A stretch of 61,351 nt of DNA, the filler included, from Sphacelaria rigidula (taxonomy: Eukaryota), in NCBI GenBank assembly GCA_964200075.2. It is 4 parts of 4 records of this genome, joined end to end, with 100 filler letters (N's around TTAATTAATTAA, not from the genome) between each part and the next. Parts side by side here need not be neighbours in the genome. Positions count along the whole stretch, not along the records: positions 1 to 15,268 come from CAXNAA020001832.1; positions 15,369 to 30,634 come from CAXNAA020001833.1; 2 more parts are not named here. One strand, written 5' to 3'. The notes under the pieces were generated by a model. That model did not search any database. It was not told the origin of the DNA and saw only the letters and a list, made by a program, of their open reading frames with translations. How positions within the stretch are numbered: the stretch's first letter is position 1; each line of letters begins with the position of its first letter. Of this stretch, positions 11,795 through 23,906 are shown piece after piece. The position numbers were made by a program, and so were the translations under genes.

Positions 11795-14506
11795 GTTTTC
11801 AGCTGAAATAGGGCATTTCTGTAATCATTCCGTGGTCGGCCATTATCGATTGCTTTTTCGCGCGCCACCGCTGATCCCAGTGAGTACTTGATCCCAAAGT
11901 TTGGGGATCGGGAGATACTAGGCATGCGCTCCACATTCCGGAACAAAAATCATACCTGCGCTTAATATTGAACGTCTTACGGGCTGGATTGACAGGGGGT
12001 GTTTTTTTACCGTTTTTGGTCCAAATACACACTTATTTTCGGCTCTAGTACAACGAATAGGTGAAACGAAAAAGATAGGGGTCTGAATAATTATTTACGA
12101 GAACGAATGGGATTGTTTCGAGGGTAGGTCGAGTAGAGTATTGACTTTTTGAGTGCTCGAGTAAAACACTCAGGTATTTACTCTAATCGACGTTTGAGTA
12201 GGTCGAGTACGGTCTCAAATAATATATTCAAATTTTGGGTAGGTCGAGTACGGCCTCAAATACTTTACTAAAATTTTGAGTACGTCGATTACGACCTCAA
12301 ATACTTTACTCAAATATTGAGTAAGCACTCTCAGTAATACTTGAGTATAGAGTATCACTTGGGAATGACCTCAATACTCTACTCAAATTTTGAGTAGGTC
12401 GAGTACGGTCTCAAATACTCTACTCAAATTTTGAGTAGGTTGAGTATGGTCTCAAATACTCTACATTACTCAAATTTGGAGTACGTACTCCCAGTGATAC
12501 TCGTGTATAGAGTATCACTTGGGAATGACCTCAATACTCTACTCAAATTTCGAGTAGTTTGAGTATGGTCTCAAATAGTCTACTCGAATTTTGAGTAGGT
12601 TGAGTATGGTCTTAAATACTCTACTCAAATTTTGAGTAAGTACTCCCAGTAATACTCGAGTGTAGAGTATCACTTGGGTATGACCCCAATACTCTACTCA
12701 AAGTTCGAGTAGGTCGAGTATGGTCTCAAATGCTTTACTAAAATTTTGAGTAGGTTGAGTACGACCTCAAATACTCTACTCAAATACTGAGTAAGCACAC
12801 TCAGTAACACTTGAGTGAAGAGTACCCCTTAGGTATGGTGAATACGCCTGACAGTCGGTGACTTCGTGACGTCACTCCACAGACTATGTCGAATGCATGG
12901 GCAAACGATGGCCATCAGTTAGATGGGCGGCGTTACATCACAGCCAACAAGGAGTGTGAGCGAATGATGGCCATAAAAAAAATCAAAAAGTGTGCAGGTT
13001 AACAAACCAACTTGCCCCAGCGCCCCATCTCACCAGCCCCCACCCACGGCAGTTCATACTTGATACCTCGCAACGCCTTCGATATTACTTTCAGTACAGA
13101 GCGCTACTCACCACCATCGAGTAATCGAGTAGACGAGTAGACAAGTAGGCAAGTAGTCGAGTAGGTATTATAAAAATGAGCGACTCTACTGGCCACGCAC
13201 GGTTTGACAAGGCAGTTTGGCCTTGAATCAACACTCATCATGGGTGAGCAACTCTAGGAATACCTCGGTATTTCCTCTACCCGAGTTTGAGTATCTTGCG
13301 TACGAACTTGAATATTGAAGCTGAAGTTATAGGTGTTCGGTACACCGGAACCGGCCTCAGATACTCCACTTAAATTTTATTAGGCCTAGTAAGGCCTCGC
13401 AATACTCTACTCAAATTTTGAGTACGTTGAGTACGGCCTCAAGTCCTCTACTCAAATTTTGAGTACGTCGAGTACGGCCTCAACTACTCTACTCAAATTT
13501 TGAGTAAGCACTCTCAGTGATAGTTGAGTATAGAGTATCACTTGAGTATGACCTCAATACTCTTCTCAGATTTTGAGTAGGTTGAGTATGGTCTCAAATG
13601 CTTTACTCAAATTTCGAGTGCGTTGAGCACGGCTTCCAACACTCTACTCAAATTTTGAGTAGATCGAGCACGACCTCAGATACTCTACTCAAACATTGAG
13701 TAAGCACTCTCAGGAATACTCGAGTACAGAGTATCACTCGAGTATGACCTCAATACTCCACTCAAATTTCGAGTAGACTGAGTATGATCTCAAATAACGT
13801 ACTCGAATAATTGAGTTGGTTGAGTACGACCTCAAATACTCTACTCAAATTTCGAGTACTAAAAGTATGACTCTTCAAAAATACTGAGTATTGAGTATAC
13901 TCTGCTCGACCTACCCTTGGATTGTTTCGTCCGCCCTTGTGCCATGCAGAGCTTGGTTGAGCAATTTCTGTCGCTGGTACTTTCTGGATTTTCGTGCATG
14001 ATATTCTTCTTGAGCACGCGAAAGACCCAGCATCGACCGATATTGGGAGACGAAGCAGGTTGTGCTCAGGGCACAATCCTCAGTTGGTGTTGTCAGGTTG
14101 ATACGCGATGACTACCTCGTTTGTCAGGGGGTGTTATCGACCTTCACTGGTCCGAAGCACGAAGTCTTTCAGGTCTAACGCAATAAATAAGTATCAAATA
14201 AAATAAAATCAATCTTATTTGTTCACGAGAGCGATCGGGGTTGCTTCAATCCAGCAAAATTAATCGGGGGTCAGAACTTGGAGCTGGATAGCCGCAGGAC
14301 CCCCGGAAACCGGACAGCCCGTAAGCCATTCAATATCAACGGCAGAGACGATTATTTTCGGAATATGAAGCGGATACCTAGTATCTCCTGATCCTCGAAC
14401 TTTGGGATCAAGCATTCACTGGGATGAGCGGTCACACGCGAAAACATCATTGATAATCGCAGACTACGAAAAAGCTACGAAAACCCCCTATTTCAGCTGG
14501 ATAGTA
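11795..14506. mobile_element. Old long-TIR element (~190-bp diverged inverted arms at ~11800-11986 and ~14315-14498) hosting the 12119-13919 hAT
   Basis: CAGCTGAAATAGGG, ATCCCAGTGA, CTTGATCCCAAAGTT, GGAGATACTAGG and CTTACGGGCTG are mirrored on the right arm; right end ACTG|TA hints at Tc1/mariner but the left end is degenerate. Confidence 0.7.
12119..13919. mobile_element. Non-autonomous hAT-like element with satellite-like subterminal arrays
   Basis: 23-bp TIR CGAGGGTAGGTCGAGTAGAGTAT / ATACTCTGCTCGACCTACCCTTG; perfect 8-bp TSD GATTGTTT (12111-12118, 13920-13927); arrays of TACTCTACTCAAATTTTGAGTAGG at ~12180-12830 and ~13340-13900. Confidence 0.92.
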
Positions 14507-14671
14507 CTGTACATATATGACAATATAGACATACTGTACGAAGTATGTATATAGGAACTCTCTAGAAGGTAATCATTAGAGTACGACACACACACTGGAT
14601 CATGACACACTGAACCATGACACACACTACTAATAGAGCATGGCACACATCAGAGTATGGCAAGCACACAC

Positions 14672-14845
14672 CTTCCCCTCCGACACAGTGGTGAAATCAC
14701 CCCGCTTAGGCTCAGGATGCCCTATCCACTTCTCCGACAAGAGTCCCCCCAATACGGTACCGTAGCACAGCAGTTTGACACCCCTCTCTTCGCACAGGGT
14801 AGACATCTTCTGGCCTGGCCGTTGGTCCAGGATGCTGTACTGAAC
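14672..14845 (-). CDS. Aldo/keto reductase internal exon (VQYSILDQRPGQKMSTLCEERGVKLLCYGTVLGGLLSEKWIGHPEPKRGDFTTVSEGK); 5' exons lie outside the scaffold
   Basis: CAG acceptor 14848-14846, GT donor 14671-14670, 174 nt, phase 0-0; AKR motifs QV.YS.LD.R and YG...GGLLS. Confidence 0.93.
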
Positions 14846-15196
14846 CTGCAGGGGTACATGGCGAAAAATAACGACGATTAATTCATACGAAAACAAGAAA
14901 CAACAGTCCCAGCAGTAACTAACAACATTGATAACAACAAAAATTAAATGATCATGACAACGATAAAGACAACGATAATGAATCCTCATAACAGTCACAA
15001 CGAACGCAAACGATCATACGAGTATGAATAGTAAGTGGTAGACTTAAGTAATAGCGAAGATCAACTGAGTAGCAATAAAACAGAAAATACTAGTTTTTTC
15101 TTTAATACAATCGACACTTTGTTTTACCCGACCAGGAGAGTTATCCAAGCGCACCCCCTCCCTCACCACACACACACCACAACCGCAATCGCCACC

Positions 15197-15205
<9 letters not shown>

Positions 15206-15268
<63 letters not shown>
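15206..15268. repeat. (ACT)n microsatellite at scaffold end
   Basis: Directly visible. Confidence 0.95.
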
Positions 15269-15368
15269 NNNNNNNNNNNNNNNNNNNNNNNNNNNNNNNN
15301 NNNNNNNNNNNNTTAATTAATTAANNNNNNNNNNNNNNNNNNNNNNNNNNNNNNNNNNNNNNNNNNNN
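15269..15368. other. Artificial scaffold spacer
   Basis: 44 N + TTAATTAATTAA + 44 N, identical at three places. Confidence 0.97.
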
Positions 15369-15470
15369 ATGGTGTGAGAAAAAATCCTAGATCGCTGCGA
15401 GAATTGAACTCACGACCCAACCGTCAGAATATTTCAAGGTTACCAACTGAGCCACCGGGGCGACCGGTCT
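15369..15470 (-). mobile_element. tRNA-derived SINE head (cut by scaffold edge)
   Basis: Minus strand has A-box TGGCTCAGTTGG and B-box GAGTTCAATTC; homologous to 6903-7031. Confidence 0.7.
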
Positions 15471-15780
15471 GTATCACGGATATTTGACCGCCCATGTGTA
15501 CGATGATTTATGGTAACCGAGAGATAGGAACACCCTTCATCGCCGAAACCGTTCACCGCCCTTCATATTCAAGACCCATTCAGCAAACATAAGGGCACAG
15601 GACTTAACAATTGGGTAAGCGAGGCCTGAACTATGACCACTAACACTACGGGTGGAACACGGATGCATGTACTGACAACCATGGAACCATCAACTATCAT
15701 AACCCGTTCCTAACACTACATGTTGTTTTCGCATCCTAACTCTGCGGTACTCGGTAGACTCGACGTGCCTTCCTCACTAC

Positions 15781-15945
15781 CCTCCCCCCCGCTTTGTCGA
15801 CCATCAGCTCCTTGGAACGCTTGGCGATACACGCGGCCGCGTACAAGCGGCAATCAACTCCCAGCGTGCCTGATGGTCCCCCAAGCTATCTGTGCTCCGC
15901 GACCTCCTTGGCGGAAAGTCGGTCTGCCGGAGATACCGTCAAGAG
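15781..15945 (-). pseudogene. Inverted dead copy of the kinase exon (LLTVSPADRLSAKEVAEHR*LGG...)
   Basis: 165 nt with CAG/GT ends mirroring 16093-16257; TGG>TAG stop. Confidence 0.75.
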
Positions 15946-16092
15946 CTGTATGATCGGCGGGACGCGTCAGGGATAGGGAGGGAGGGAGGGGGTGAATTCA
16001 TGATCTTGCATGCCGACTGCACCCTCGGCATCCAAGATCATGAATTCACCTCCCCCCCTTCCTATCCCTGACGCGTCCCGCCGGTCATACAG

Positions 16093-16257
16093 CTCTTGAC
16101 GGTATCTCCGGCAGACCGACTTTCCGCCAAGGACGCATCGGAGCACAGATGGCTTGGGGGATCATCAGGCACGCAAGGAGTTGACTACCGCTCGTACGCG
16201 ATCGCGCGTACCACCAAGCGATCTAAGGAGCTGGAGGCCGACAACGCGAGGAAGAGG
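16093..16257 (+). pseudogene. Orphan Ser/Thr protein kinase exon, subdomain XI (LLTVSPADRLSAKDASEHRWLGG...)
   Basis: CTGAC branch-like site, CAG acceptor 16090-16092, GT at 16258, 165 nt open; fits the LL..dP..R.sa.eal.HpWl pattern; no other kinase exon seen in scaffold B. Confidence 0.7.
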
Positions 16258-17141
16258 GTAGTCAGGAAGGGACGACGAGTCTGCCGAGTACCGTTGAGTT
16301 AGGTTGTGGCAACAGAACAGTGTTAGGGACGGTTGTGATAGTTGATGTTCCCATGGTTGTCGGTACATGCATTCGTGTTTCACCCGCAATGTTAGTAGTG
16401 TTGTCACAATCCCCCCGCGTTCGTTTGGTTCATCTTTTCATGGGCATGGGCCGTGTCACACGGAAATATCAACAGACAACACCTCATCGAGAGAAGAAAT
16501 GAAGTCTCGGTACGAAAATACATCGCCAACGACAATATACTTTTCCTCTTTCCCAAGTGTAGTCTCTCATAATTGGGTGAGACTCTCATCATTAACGTTC
16601 TCAGAATTCCATGAGTTGTGTCAGTGCCCAACTTCTGGGATCATCTATCAATCAATGACACTTTCTACGATAGCCCCCCCCCCAAAAGTGCATGGTTTTG
16701 GGAGGCAAAATCTTCACGTAAATCAAAATGGGAAAAGCCGAGCACAACGAACAGCTGGGGATTTTCACGCTTGGGCTCGTTCAATCAAAGTGTTCTAGCG
16801 CCGAATATCCCTTGTAAGAGGGAAGTATGCCCCGTGAAAGAAACGAAACACCCTACGGCAGCGGAGAAGAGGGTTCTCTTTCGTGGTCGCTGAAACAACA
16901 TGCAAAGCGCAGCACTTTCCAGCCAGCCGAGTGTTACTTTCACAGCTTGCGTTTCTGGCGATAACCCCCTCACCATCCGGGACGGAAACGCAAAAGAAGC
17001 GAACTATACAACAGTGCACATGCCAGACACGGAAGCATCCCTAGGAAAGGGGGCTATTCTCCTTTCTCTATCAAGTACATTTTGTCAAGATATGCGTTTT
17101 CAGTGTTGAACGTCAACATGTCGCACCCCACACACGAAGTT

Positions 17142-17670
17142 CTAGCCTCGAAACACATGGAACTCTGCTTCAGCAACAGCAAAAATCAGCGTTGCCCGAG
17201 TCTCTATACTCCTTGCGGATGATGTAATCATGGGACTAGAGGAGCAAGACACAATACAAGAAATGACAGCACCTTTCAGCGGATGTCTTGTACATATCAG
17301 ACCGTGACGTGGATATCCGCAAGTATATTTCGATTGTCTAGCCTGGTGCGTATATGTTTTGCGGTCTCTCCGTCCACCGGTACGAGCCATCACGCGCTGC
17401 GGTGAATGAACAACTGAAATCTGGTCCGAGATGTTTCAATTCAGCGTTGCCACGTCCAAAACCCAATCAAGGTACTCCACGGAAATGGCGGGAACCCTTA
17501 CACTCCAAGCACTAAGCACGTGATACAAAAAATGCCATCCCGAGGTGCTATTTCGTACGAAACCCCACTTCAGTTCGGCCGTATTCGGAGTACTCTGAGA
17601 AGGTGGGCATTGCACAACATGCATGCAAAACACTCCTTTGTTGATATCGAGAACCATCGCCTTGTGCATG
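17142..17670 (-). mobile_element. Possible highly decayed Ty1/Copia RT-RNaseH fragment
   Basis: Weak motif echoes: IYLRISTSRSDM (cf. LMYL..TRPDI), FAVAEAEF (cf. LSTAEAEY), WGFVRN (cf. LGF.RS); frames broken. Confidence 0.3.
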
Positions 17671-17837
17671 AAGCTCTCTCACCTGTCAAGTTTGTAGCAA
17701 TAGTGAGCAAGACTGCACTACTCTACTTTACAGTACTACTGCTATATGCATGATATGGAACCTTGGGATATGCGAAGGGTGTATAAGTGTCACTAGCGTT
17801 TCTGTAACTGTAACTACAGTTGTTGGTGGTTTTAGTC

Positions 17838-19395
17838 ATGGCGAATGCCGGCAGCTCTAATTCACTCTGAACTTTGGTATCCCTGCTGCGCCTGTGCCAA
17901 CTGATGCTGTTGGATAAACTGGGTTGCCTTGGGTTTATATCGCATACCCCTCGAGTACAGCAGTCCTGTCAGATTAGAGCCCCGTTGATGTGATGAGCCG
18001 TCGCGAAGGATACGCAGAGTCTGCCTTGAAAAAGGGCTACGCAGCATTCAGCGCCGATTATGGTGCATATCACGGCTGGTATACCGTCCAACTATCATCG
18101 ATACTCGAATAAGGTCTCGGCACCATATTGACCGGAGAAACAACAGCACCACCGGCACCAGAAGCCAATCCTCCTGAAGCGCAGATGCGAGCTGACAATG
18201 GAGCGCTCAGCGTATACAATGAAGAGAACGGTAAGCTCTTCACAAGACTACTTTTGGCTACGAGCGATAATGCTGAGGGCCACGAAAGCGTGTCGGCCCA
18301 GATAGTGCTGGTACATGCCGATAGGGTATTACACGCCCTGCGGAGACGGCCGTGCTGCGATACTAGCTTGGATACTAAGTATCTCAGGGGTGGTGAGTCC
18401 CGAATGCAGGGATTGCATAACGAGCTATCATAGCTAGTGAATACATTGAAGGGTGGGTATGATCCCTCTCCGATAAATCAATAAACTCCGCCGAATTTGC
18501 GCTGAAACTGGACATGCTCGGAGATAGAGTGATATTTTCTAGGAAGAAGTTTGCAGTAATGAAGGCGTTGCCTCATCCACAGTATGCCCCGATAAAATTT
18601 GCGCTGATATGTGACAAGGGGGGCATACAGGGAAGATCCTGATACGTTCGTTGCAGCAGTGACAGAGAAGTATACTCTCCAACTTCGTGATAGGTACTTC
18701 GGCAAATCTAGGGCTGGATTTCGCGACAATGGGGTTGAGACCGTCATGAGCACAACGGACCCAGGCGCGAGAGGATGTCGTCGCCACAACGGCCGTGGTC
18801 GCGAGCACGTAAAGAGCAGTTTCACTACCAGTTCCTCACGCCAGACTACTGATAACACTGGCGGGCGATCCCGCGGCGAAGCTGGATCTGGTCGAGGAAC
18901 ACCTGGAAGAGGACATGGCCGTGGTGTCAGTAGACGTGGTCGATGCAGCTAATGTCGCGACTCGTTTGAGTATGGATGGAATGATTGCCCCCTCCGCCTC
19001 GAACACGAACGCGTTGACGCTCGGACACAGCAAGCTGCAGCAACTACCACGCAAACCTCCACTACCACCACGACCATAGAAAATTAAATTACCTTCATGA
19101 TGAATGCTGCCAGTGACGCTCCCACAGCAGAAACAATCGCTACTGCGTGGTGTACGCGTTTGATTCACGATAATGTGGCAGACAACCCGCTTGAAGAAGT
19201 GTATGTTGACTGTGCAGCAACCGCGCGTATGGTCACTGAGTCATCGAAATTTGCCGATTCAGTGATACATACCATCGAAGGAGTGAAACGTTACAACCAA
19301 GGGGTCGTGCGGAACAACGGTTGCTAATGAGCGGGGAATATTATTGTTCCCATTGATGAACCAGCATGAAGGACTTGTCTGGATCTCTGCGGAGG
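17838..19395 (+). mobile_element. Decayed Ty1/Copia gag-protease relic
   Basis: Fragmented ORFs: LTGETTAPP..YNEENGKLFTRLLLA (gag-like), an RG-rich stretch, then YVDCAATARM (Copia protease DSGAT.HM-like); many stops and frameshifts. Confidence 0.6.
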
Positions 19396-19600
19396 CCAGT
19401 AGATCGACCTCCGTAGAGATCCGGACAAGTCGTTCATGCTGGTTCTTTAATGGGAGTAATGGCATTCCACGCTCGTTAGCAACCGTTGTTCCGCACGACC
19501 CCTTGGTTGTAACGTTGCACTCCTTCGTAGGAATAACCGAATCAGCGAATTTCGATGGCTCAGTGACCATATGCGCGGTTGCTGCACAACCATTATACAT
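19200..19600. repeat. Fold-back inverted duplication of the Copia protease region, ~195-bp arms, 12-nt loop (19396-19407)
   Basis: GGATCTCTGCGGAGG / CCTCCGTAGAGATCC at the axis; arms encode CAATARMVTESSKFADSVI (+) and CAATAHMVTEPSKFADSVI (-). Confidence 0.92.
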
Positions 19601-20125
19601 TATTTTTTCGGCTTCAGGAGTTCACTGTGTAGTCGCCTTTGGGGGTCATGTGCCTTTCCGCCTCGTCGTGCGCATCATATCTTAGTTCCATCCCTTTGTC
19701 AGCTTCCTTTGATGCTTGCTTTGCCTCCTGTCCATCACAGGGTGCAGCCGCGGCAGCTCCGAGATGTCCATCCTCCTCTCTGGGTCTGTCGGACGGTAAG
19801 AACCGGTTTCGAAGGGCCAGTCTTCAGTCATTTTCATGGTATTTATGCGGGCATTTTGCGTGGCGATCGTCCAGTGTAACCATCCATCGGTAATCATGTC
19901 CAAGATGTAACGGTTCCGGGGGAATGGCTAGAAGGTACCCAAGAGATGTAGTATGTGTGAGAATATCTTGCAAAAACATTTCACCCCGTTGAACTCGGGG
20001 AAGCTACTTCTCATGTTTTTCTTGGCGTCTGTCTTCGTATTTTCATTTTGGTGATATTTTAGTTGATTGCGTTTGTTTTTGTAATTAGGCTGCAGTCTCG
20101 AAAACAAATCATGGAGGACTCAGTG

Positions 20126-20345
<220 letters not shown>

Positions 20346-21344
20346 TTACTGCGCATAATGGTCGTGATTACAATATGCTCCCCATGCTCTTGACACATCT
20401 ATAGGTTTTCGATCATGGGAAAATGATTAAACAACGTTGGCGCACGGCACAACGCAAGACCACGCGAGTATCCATTAAGTTTCTTTTTTCATTGTCCGTG
20501 TGCCACTGTAATGGGTGCGACATAGGCACAAATGCGTCACCGACCAAAATCACGAACGGACACAAGCAGGCCGACGTTTGCGGCTTATCCGGGCTCGTGG
20601 GGTAAAATGTGCCCTGTCATCGGAAGAGAACGACATGGATCCGGAATTTATATCGAGAAAAAGCGGACTATATTCTAAAATCAGAACCCTACTGTGGCTG
20701 CCGATGGCATTCCGGCGTATCGCAAGCGCGGACGAAAAGCGACGCAGTAGTATGAAATATATGAGGAACAACAACGGAAATCATGGTGTAAGGGAAAAAT
20801 GAATGGACCGGGGAAGCAAAAGCAAGCGCAAGGCAAAAGACACTTAGACGCTGTTAGCCCCGTTTTACGTCGTCGCTCGTGCCTCATCGTGGTCGCAAGT
20901 GCGCATGTAGTATGCAAAATACTCTACTTAGGTGTTGGCGAATGACGTGTATCGTTTTGGTCACACTAAGAACATGTCAGACGACGCCGCTCAGTTTGCG
21001 TAGTCGCTTCCAAGGGGTCCGCCAAACCAGGACGCTAAACCAATTTCTTTTGGGGGATGCGAATCAAAATTGGGCCAAAATCATGTGCTCAACATGCGAC
21101 AGAGCCATATGTACTGATGAACTTCAACGAAAACGTCCTTGGTACACACGAGTGGGGTGCAAACAGTCGCCAGGTGCGTGATGTGGGCTGGGTGGATGTT
21201 GGTCGACCACCTCGTCATGTTTTGAGGAGCTTCATGGAATATCTGATGTCATCATGCCATCGTTCCGCAAGTTTTGGCGGATTAATGACTCGCCTTGTGC
21301 AAGTGTAGTTGTTATTCCGTGGACAGTTCATTTCATTTGAATTG

Positions 21345-21660
21345 TTTTATTTAATTTGTCGCACTTTGCACCCCTTCCCTTCCTCAGGATTAGTCCGTGG
21401 ACTCAAGGGGTGAACCCATTTCTCCCCCGGTACACGCCGTGCATTTTGGTCTCGCGGATTGGGTCATGACTATCAGCACTCCCGCACCGCGTCAACTCAA
21501 GTCACACAAATCCAGGTGATTACTCTTGTGTACTCACGTTCTCACGTTTCCCACGGTGGAAATCAGACATGAAGAAAAACCCAACGGATCGGGAATCGAA
21601 CCCTCGTTTCCTCCACCTTAATGGCGACAGTCCGATAATTACAGCCCCGGGGCGCGGCGG
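21345..21660 (-). mobile_element. tRNA-derived SINE-like repeat (second family)
   Basis: Minus-strand B-box GGTTCGATTCC near 21593-21603; body matches 36983-37140 and partly 34476-34610; AAAT-type tail. Confidence 0.65.
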
Positions 21661-21923
21661 CAACGGGACATGGCTTTTCATTTCATGACCATGATATTAA
21701 TCGGACTCCAAAGATATTTGTGTTTCAAGAGGGAATGAAAACAAACCGTCGTGCGTCACCCACCAGTGTCGATACAACGGACGCGTGTCTCAGGACGGGT
21801 GGGTCCAATGAAAGACATGAACGGAGCTTCGGTGCCATGTCGCTTCAGCAAAAATGGGCCAACGACTTAATGCTTTCATCTGTGCCGTCTTGACGCAGTA
21901 TAGTTCACCATTTGGGAGGGTAA

Positions 21924-22040
21924 GGGCGCCGATTTGAGGTCTGGCAACGCACACTTCGCCTAGGGAACACTTTGCACCCCTCTCGCCCGAGGGTTCTCGG
22001 TATGCCTTCGTTGTGGTCAGGGCTAGGGTTGGTATTAGTG
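21924..22040. repeat. Dispersed repeat ending in TTAGGG-like units; copy at 60798-60880
   Basis: GGGCGCCGATTTGAGGTCTGGCAACGCAC and GCCCGAGGGTTCTCGGT.TGCCTTCGTTG are shared. Confidence 0.8.
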
Positions 22041-23491
22041 CTACGATTCGTTCGCTTCGCTGCTGCAAGGTCGCGAAGATGCTTGCTTTTTCGTTCGTGT
22101 GGCTCATTATTCTGCCGACACGAGCGATGCATAGACGGGGGTATATGTCTCGCGGGCACAGCCCACGGGGGGTCGGTCGAAGGTTCAAATTCCACACCTG
22201 TCGAACATTCCACACATCCCATGTATGAACCATCTGCATTATCAAGAGTCATGCATGGGTGTGATCTATTCTGAGGTCGTTGGACAGGGGTGAGGTTCTC
22301 GCGTATGGTCGAAACCGGCGAGGGTTGCAGGCGCTTGTTTGCACTCATAGCCCAAACCGTTTCCCCAAATACTCATCGCCAAGGCCATCGATTGGGATAC
22401 GATTTTTTGCATCACCTGCGCCAAGACGAGAGCTACAACTTGACGGGACATTCTTCTCACCTCAACAGGATCCGAGTTTCATAACGAGTCAAGTGGAGGA
22501 AACATGGGGTTTCTTTTGCGATTTTCTCGATCGCCATAACTTATCTGGTGACAAAATAATGTCAAATTTCAGCTTGCACAAATACACGCCGGTGACTAGC
22601 CGAAACACGCCGTGGTTCGTAGTCCGGGACGAGAAAAATGGGAAATCGTAAAGTGTAAACCCCACCCAAATCACAAGTACTTTGGGTGGTTTATGGCATG
22701 CATCATCAGGCGGGGATAAACAAAATCTGCGGTCTCTTCGTGCTTTTGTTCGGTTACACTTTTTCCGTCTCTTTTGCGGGGTCAGGCGCACCCGTAACTG
22801 TATTGTCGAGTTCGCAGGTGTCAAAACAGTGTCAAGGTCCTTAGGGTAGAGTAGGGCTGTGCAAGCATGCTAGGATTCCTCATTATTCGTAGTATTCAAC
22901 CCTGCGGAGTACCCGGAGTACTGAATGTCGGAAGTACTTGGTGTCGTCCAGGGCATACCCATTTCAAATATCTAGTACCACGAGCACCTGAAGTGCGGAC
23001 TACAGAACACATTGGGCTTATCGGGGTAACCGGAGAACGCATTGCTCAAAATACTGCGTACTCAGGAATACCCGGCGTACCCCCCCTTCAAAATACTCAG
23101 TACCGCACTCCTTCTACCCGGCAAATACTCAGCATCCCGAGTTCCTGCAGGTATCGTCCATGTGAACTGCGGGGTATTATATCGTACCCGGAGTGCCGAC
23201 TGGCGAAAAACGGGGTACTGTATTGCAGACTGCCCCGTGAAGCAACATCCCGAATTGGTGCGTATTCCAGCCCGAGTGCTGAAATACGGGGTATTACAAG
23301 GTACCTACCCTATGGACTCCCTGAAAAACAGAATACCCCGCGGTAGTGTGCCATACTGGGCAGCTGTCATGAGTCGTGGCCACACATCAAGGTTGTTCGA
23401 TAACGTGCGGAGTACACGAAACTTTTGCCATACCGGGAAGCTAGAAGGTTTGACGTTTTTTCATGAGGAAGGAAGATAGAGAGGCGCTATT

Positions 23492-23861
23492 TGTTCCTTC
23501 AGACAGTTTGGTGGCAGGTTGACTTACAGATTATCCGATCTGTTCATGGAATTACTCTCATAGGTTTTGGGGAAGATTGGCATACAGACTGGTGTACCCC
23601 AGCCTCGAGGAGGAGGAACGCCTTCTCGGGCCTAGGTCAGATAGGTTGTGTTGCTTACACCCTCGATCACTCCTTGAGCTGGACCATCTGCATCTACTGC
23701 TTACCTTTGGTGCGAACAGTACGCTAGGCGAGCAAGACAATAATAAGCGAGACTAACAAGATACCAAGCCTCCGAGCTCTTTTGTTTATTTGCTACTGTT
23801 GACCAACAGTCACGTGAACCTGTGTGTGAAGCACATATCTGCAGCTTGTTCTACTCGAACA
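23492..23861. mobile_element. Solo LTR, 370 bp
   Basis: Starts TGTTC, ends GAACA; flanked by 4-bp direct repeat TATT (23488-23491, 23862-23865); no ORF. Confidence 0.7.
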
Positions 23862-23906
23862 TATTGCACCTTGTGCATCTTACCAAGCTTGCAGTGCTTT
23901 AATATA

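Larger units (their letters stand above)
15635..16400. repeat. Fold-back inverted duplication, ~380-bp arms, 8-nt loop (16017-16024)
   Basis: Arms pair from GCATGCCGA/TCGGCATCC outward to GACAACCATGG/CCATGGTTGTC; near-identical close to the axis, more diverged distally. Confidence 0.93.

Noticed and set aside
12180-13900. CRISPR-like palindromic repeats
   Set aside because: No unique spacers and no cas genes; the units are tandem and lie inside hAT TIRs with a TSD in a eukaryotic intron.
15369-15470. tRNA gene
   Set aside because: A and B boxes are present but there is no acceptor or anticodon stem, and dispersed copies have a long non-tRNA body, so it is treated as a SINE.
19682-19903. PTDP-containing ORF suggesting cyanase
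   Set aside because: Nothing else matches; it adjoins decayed retroelement sequence.
22852-23901. hAT-like element with TAGGGCTGTGCAAGC ends hosting the solo LTR
   Set aside because: Inverted ends match only about 17/24 and there is no TSD; too weak to call.
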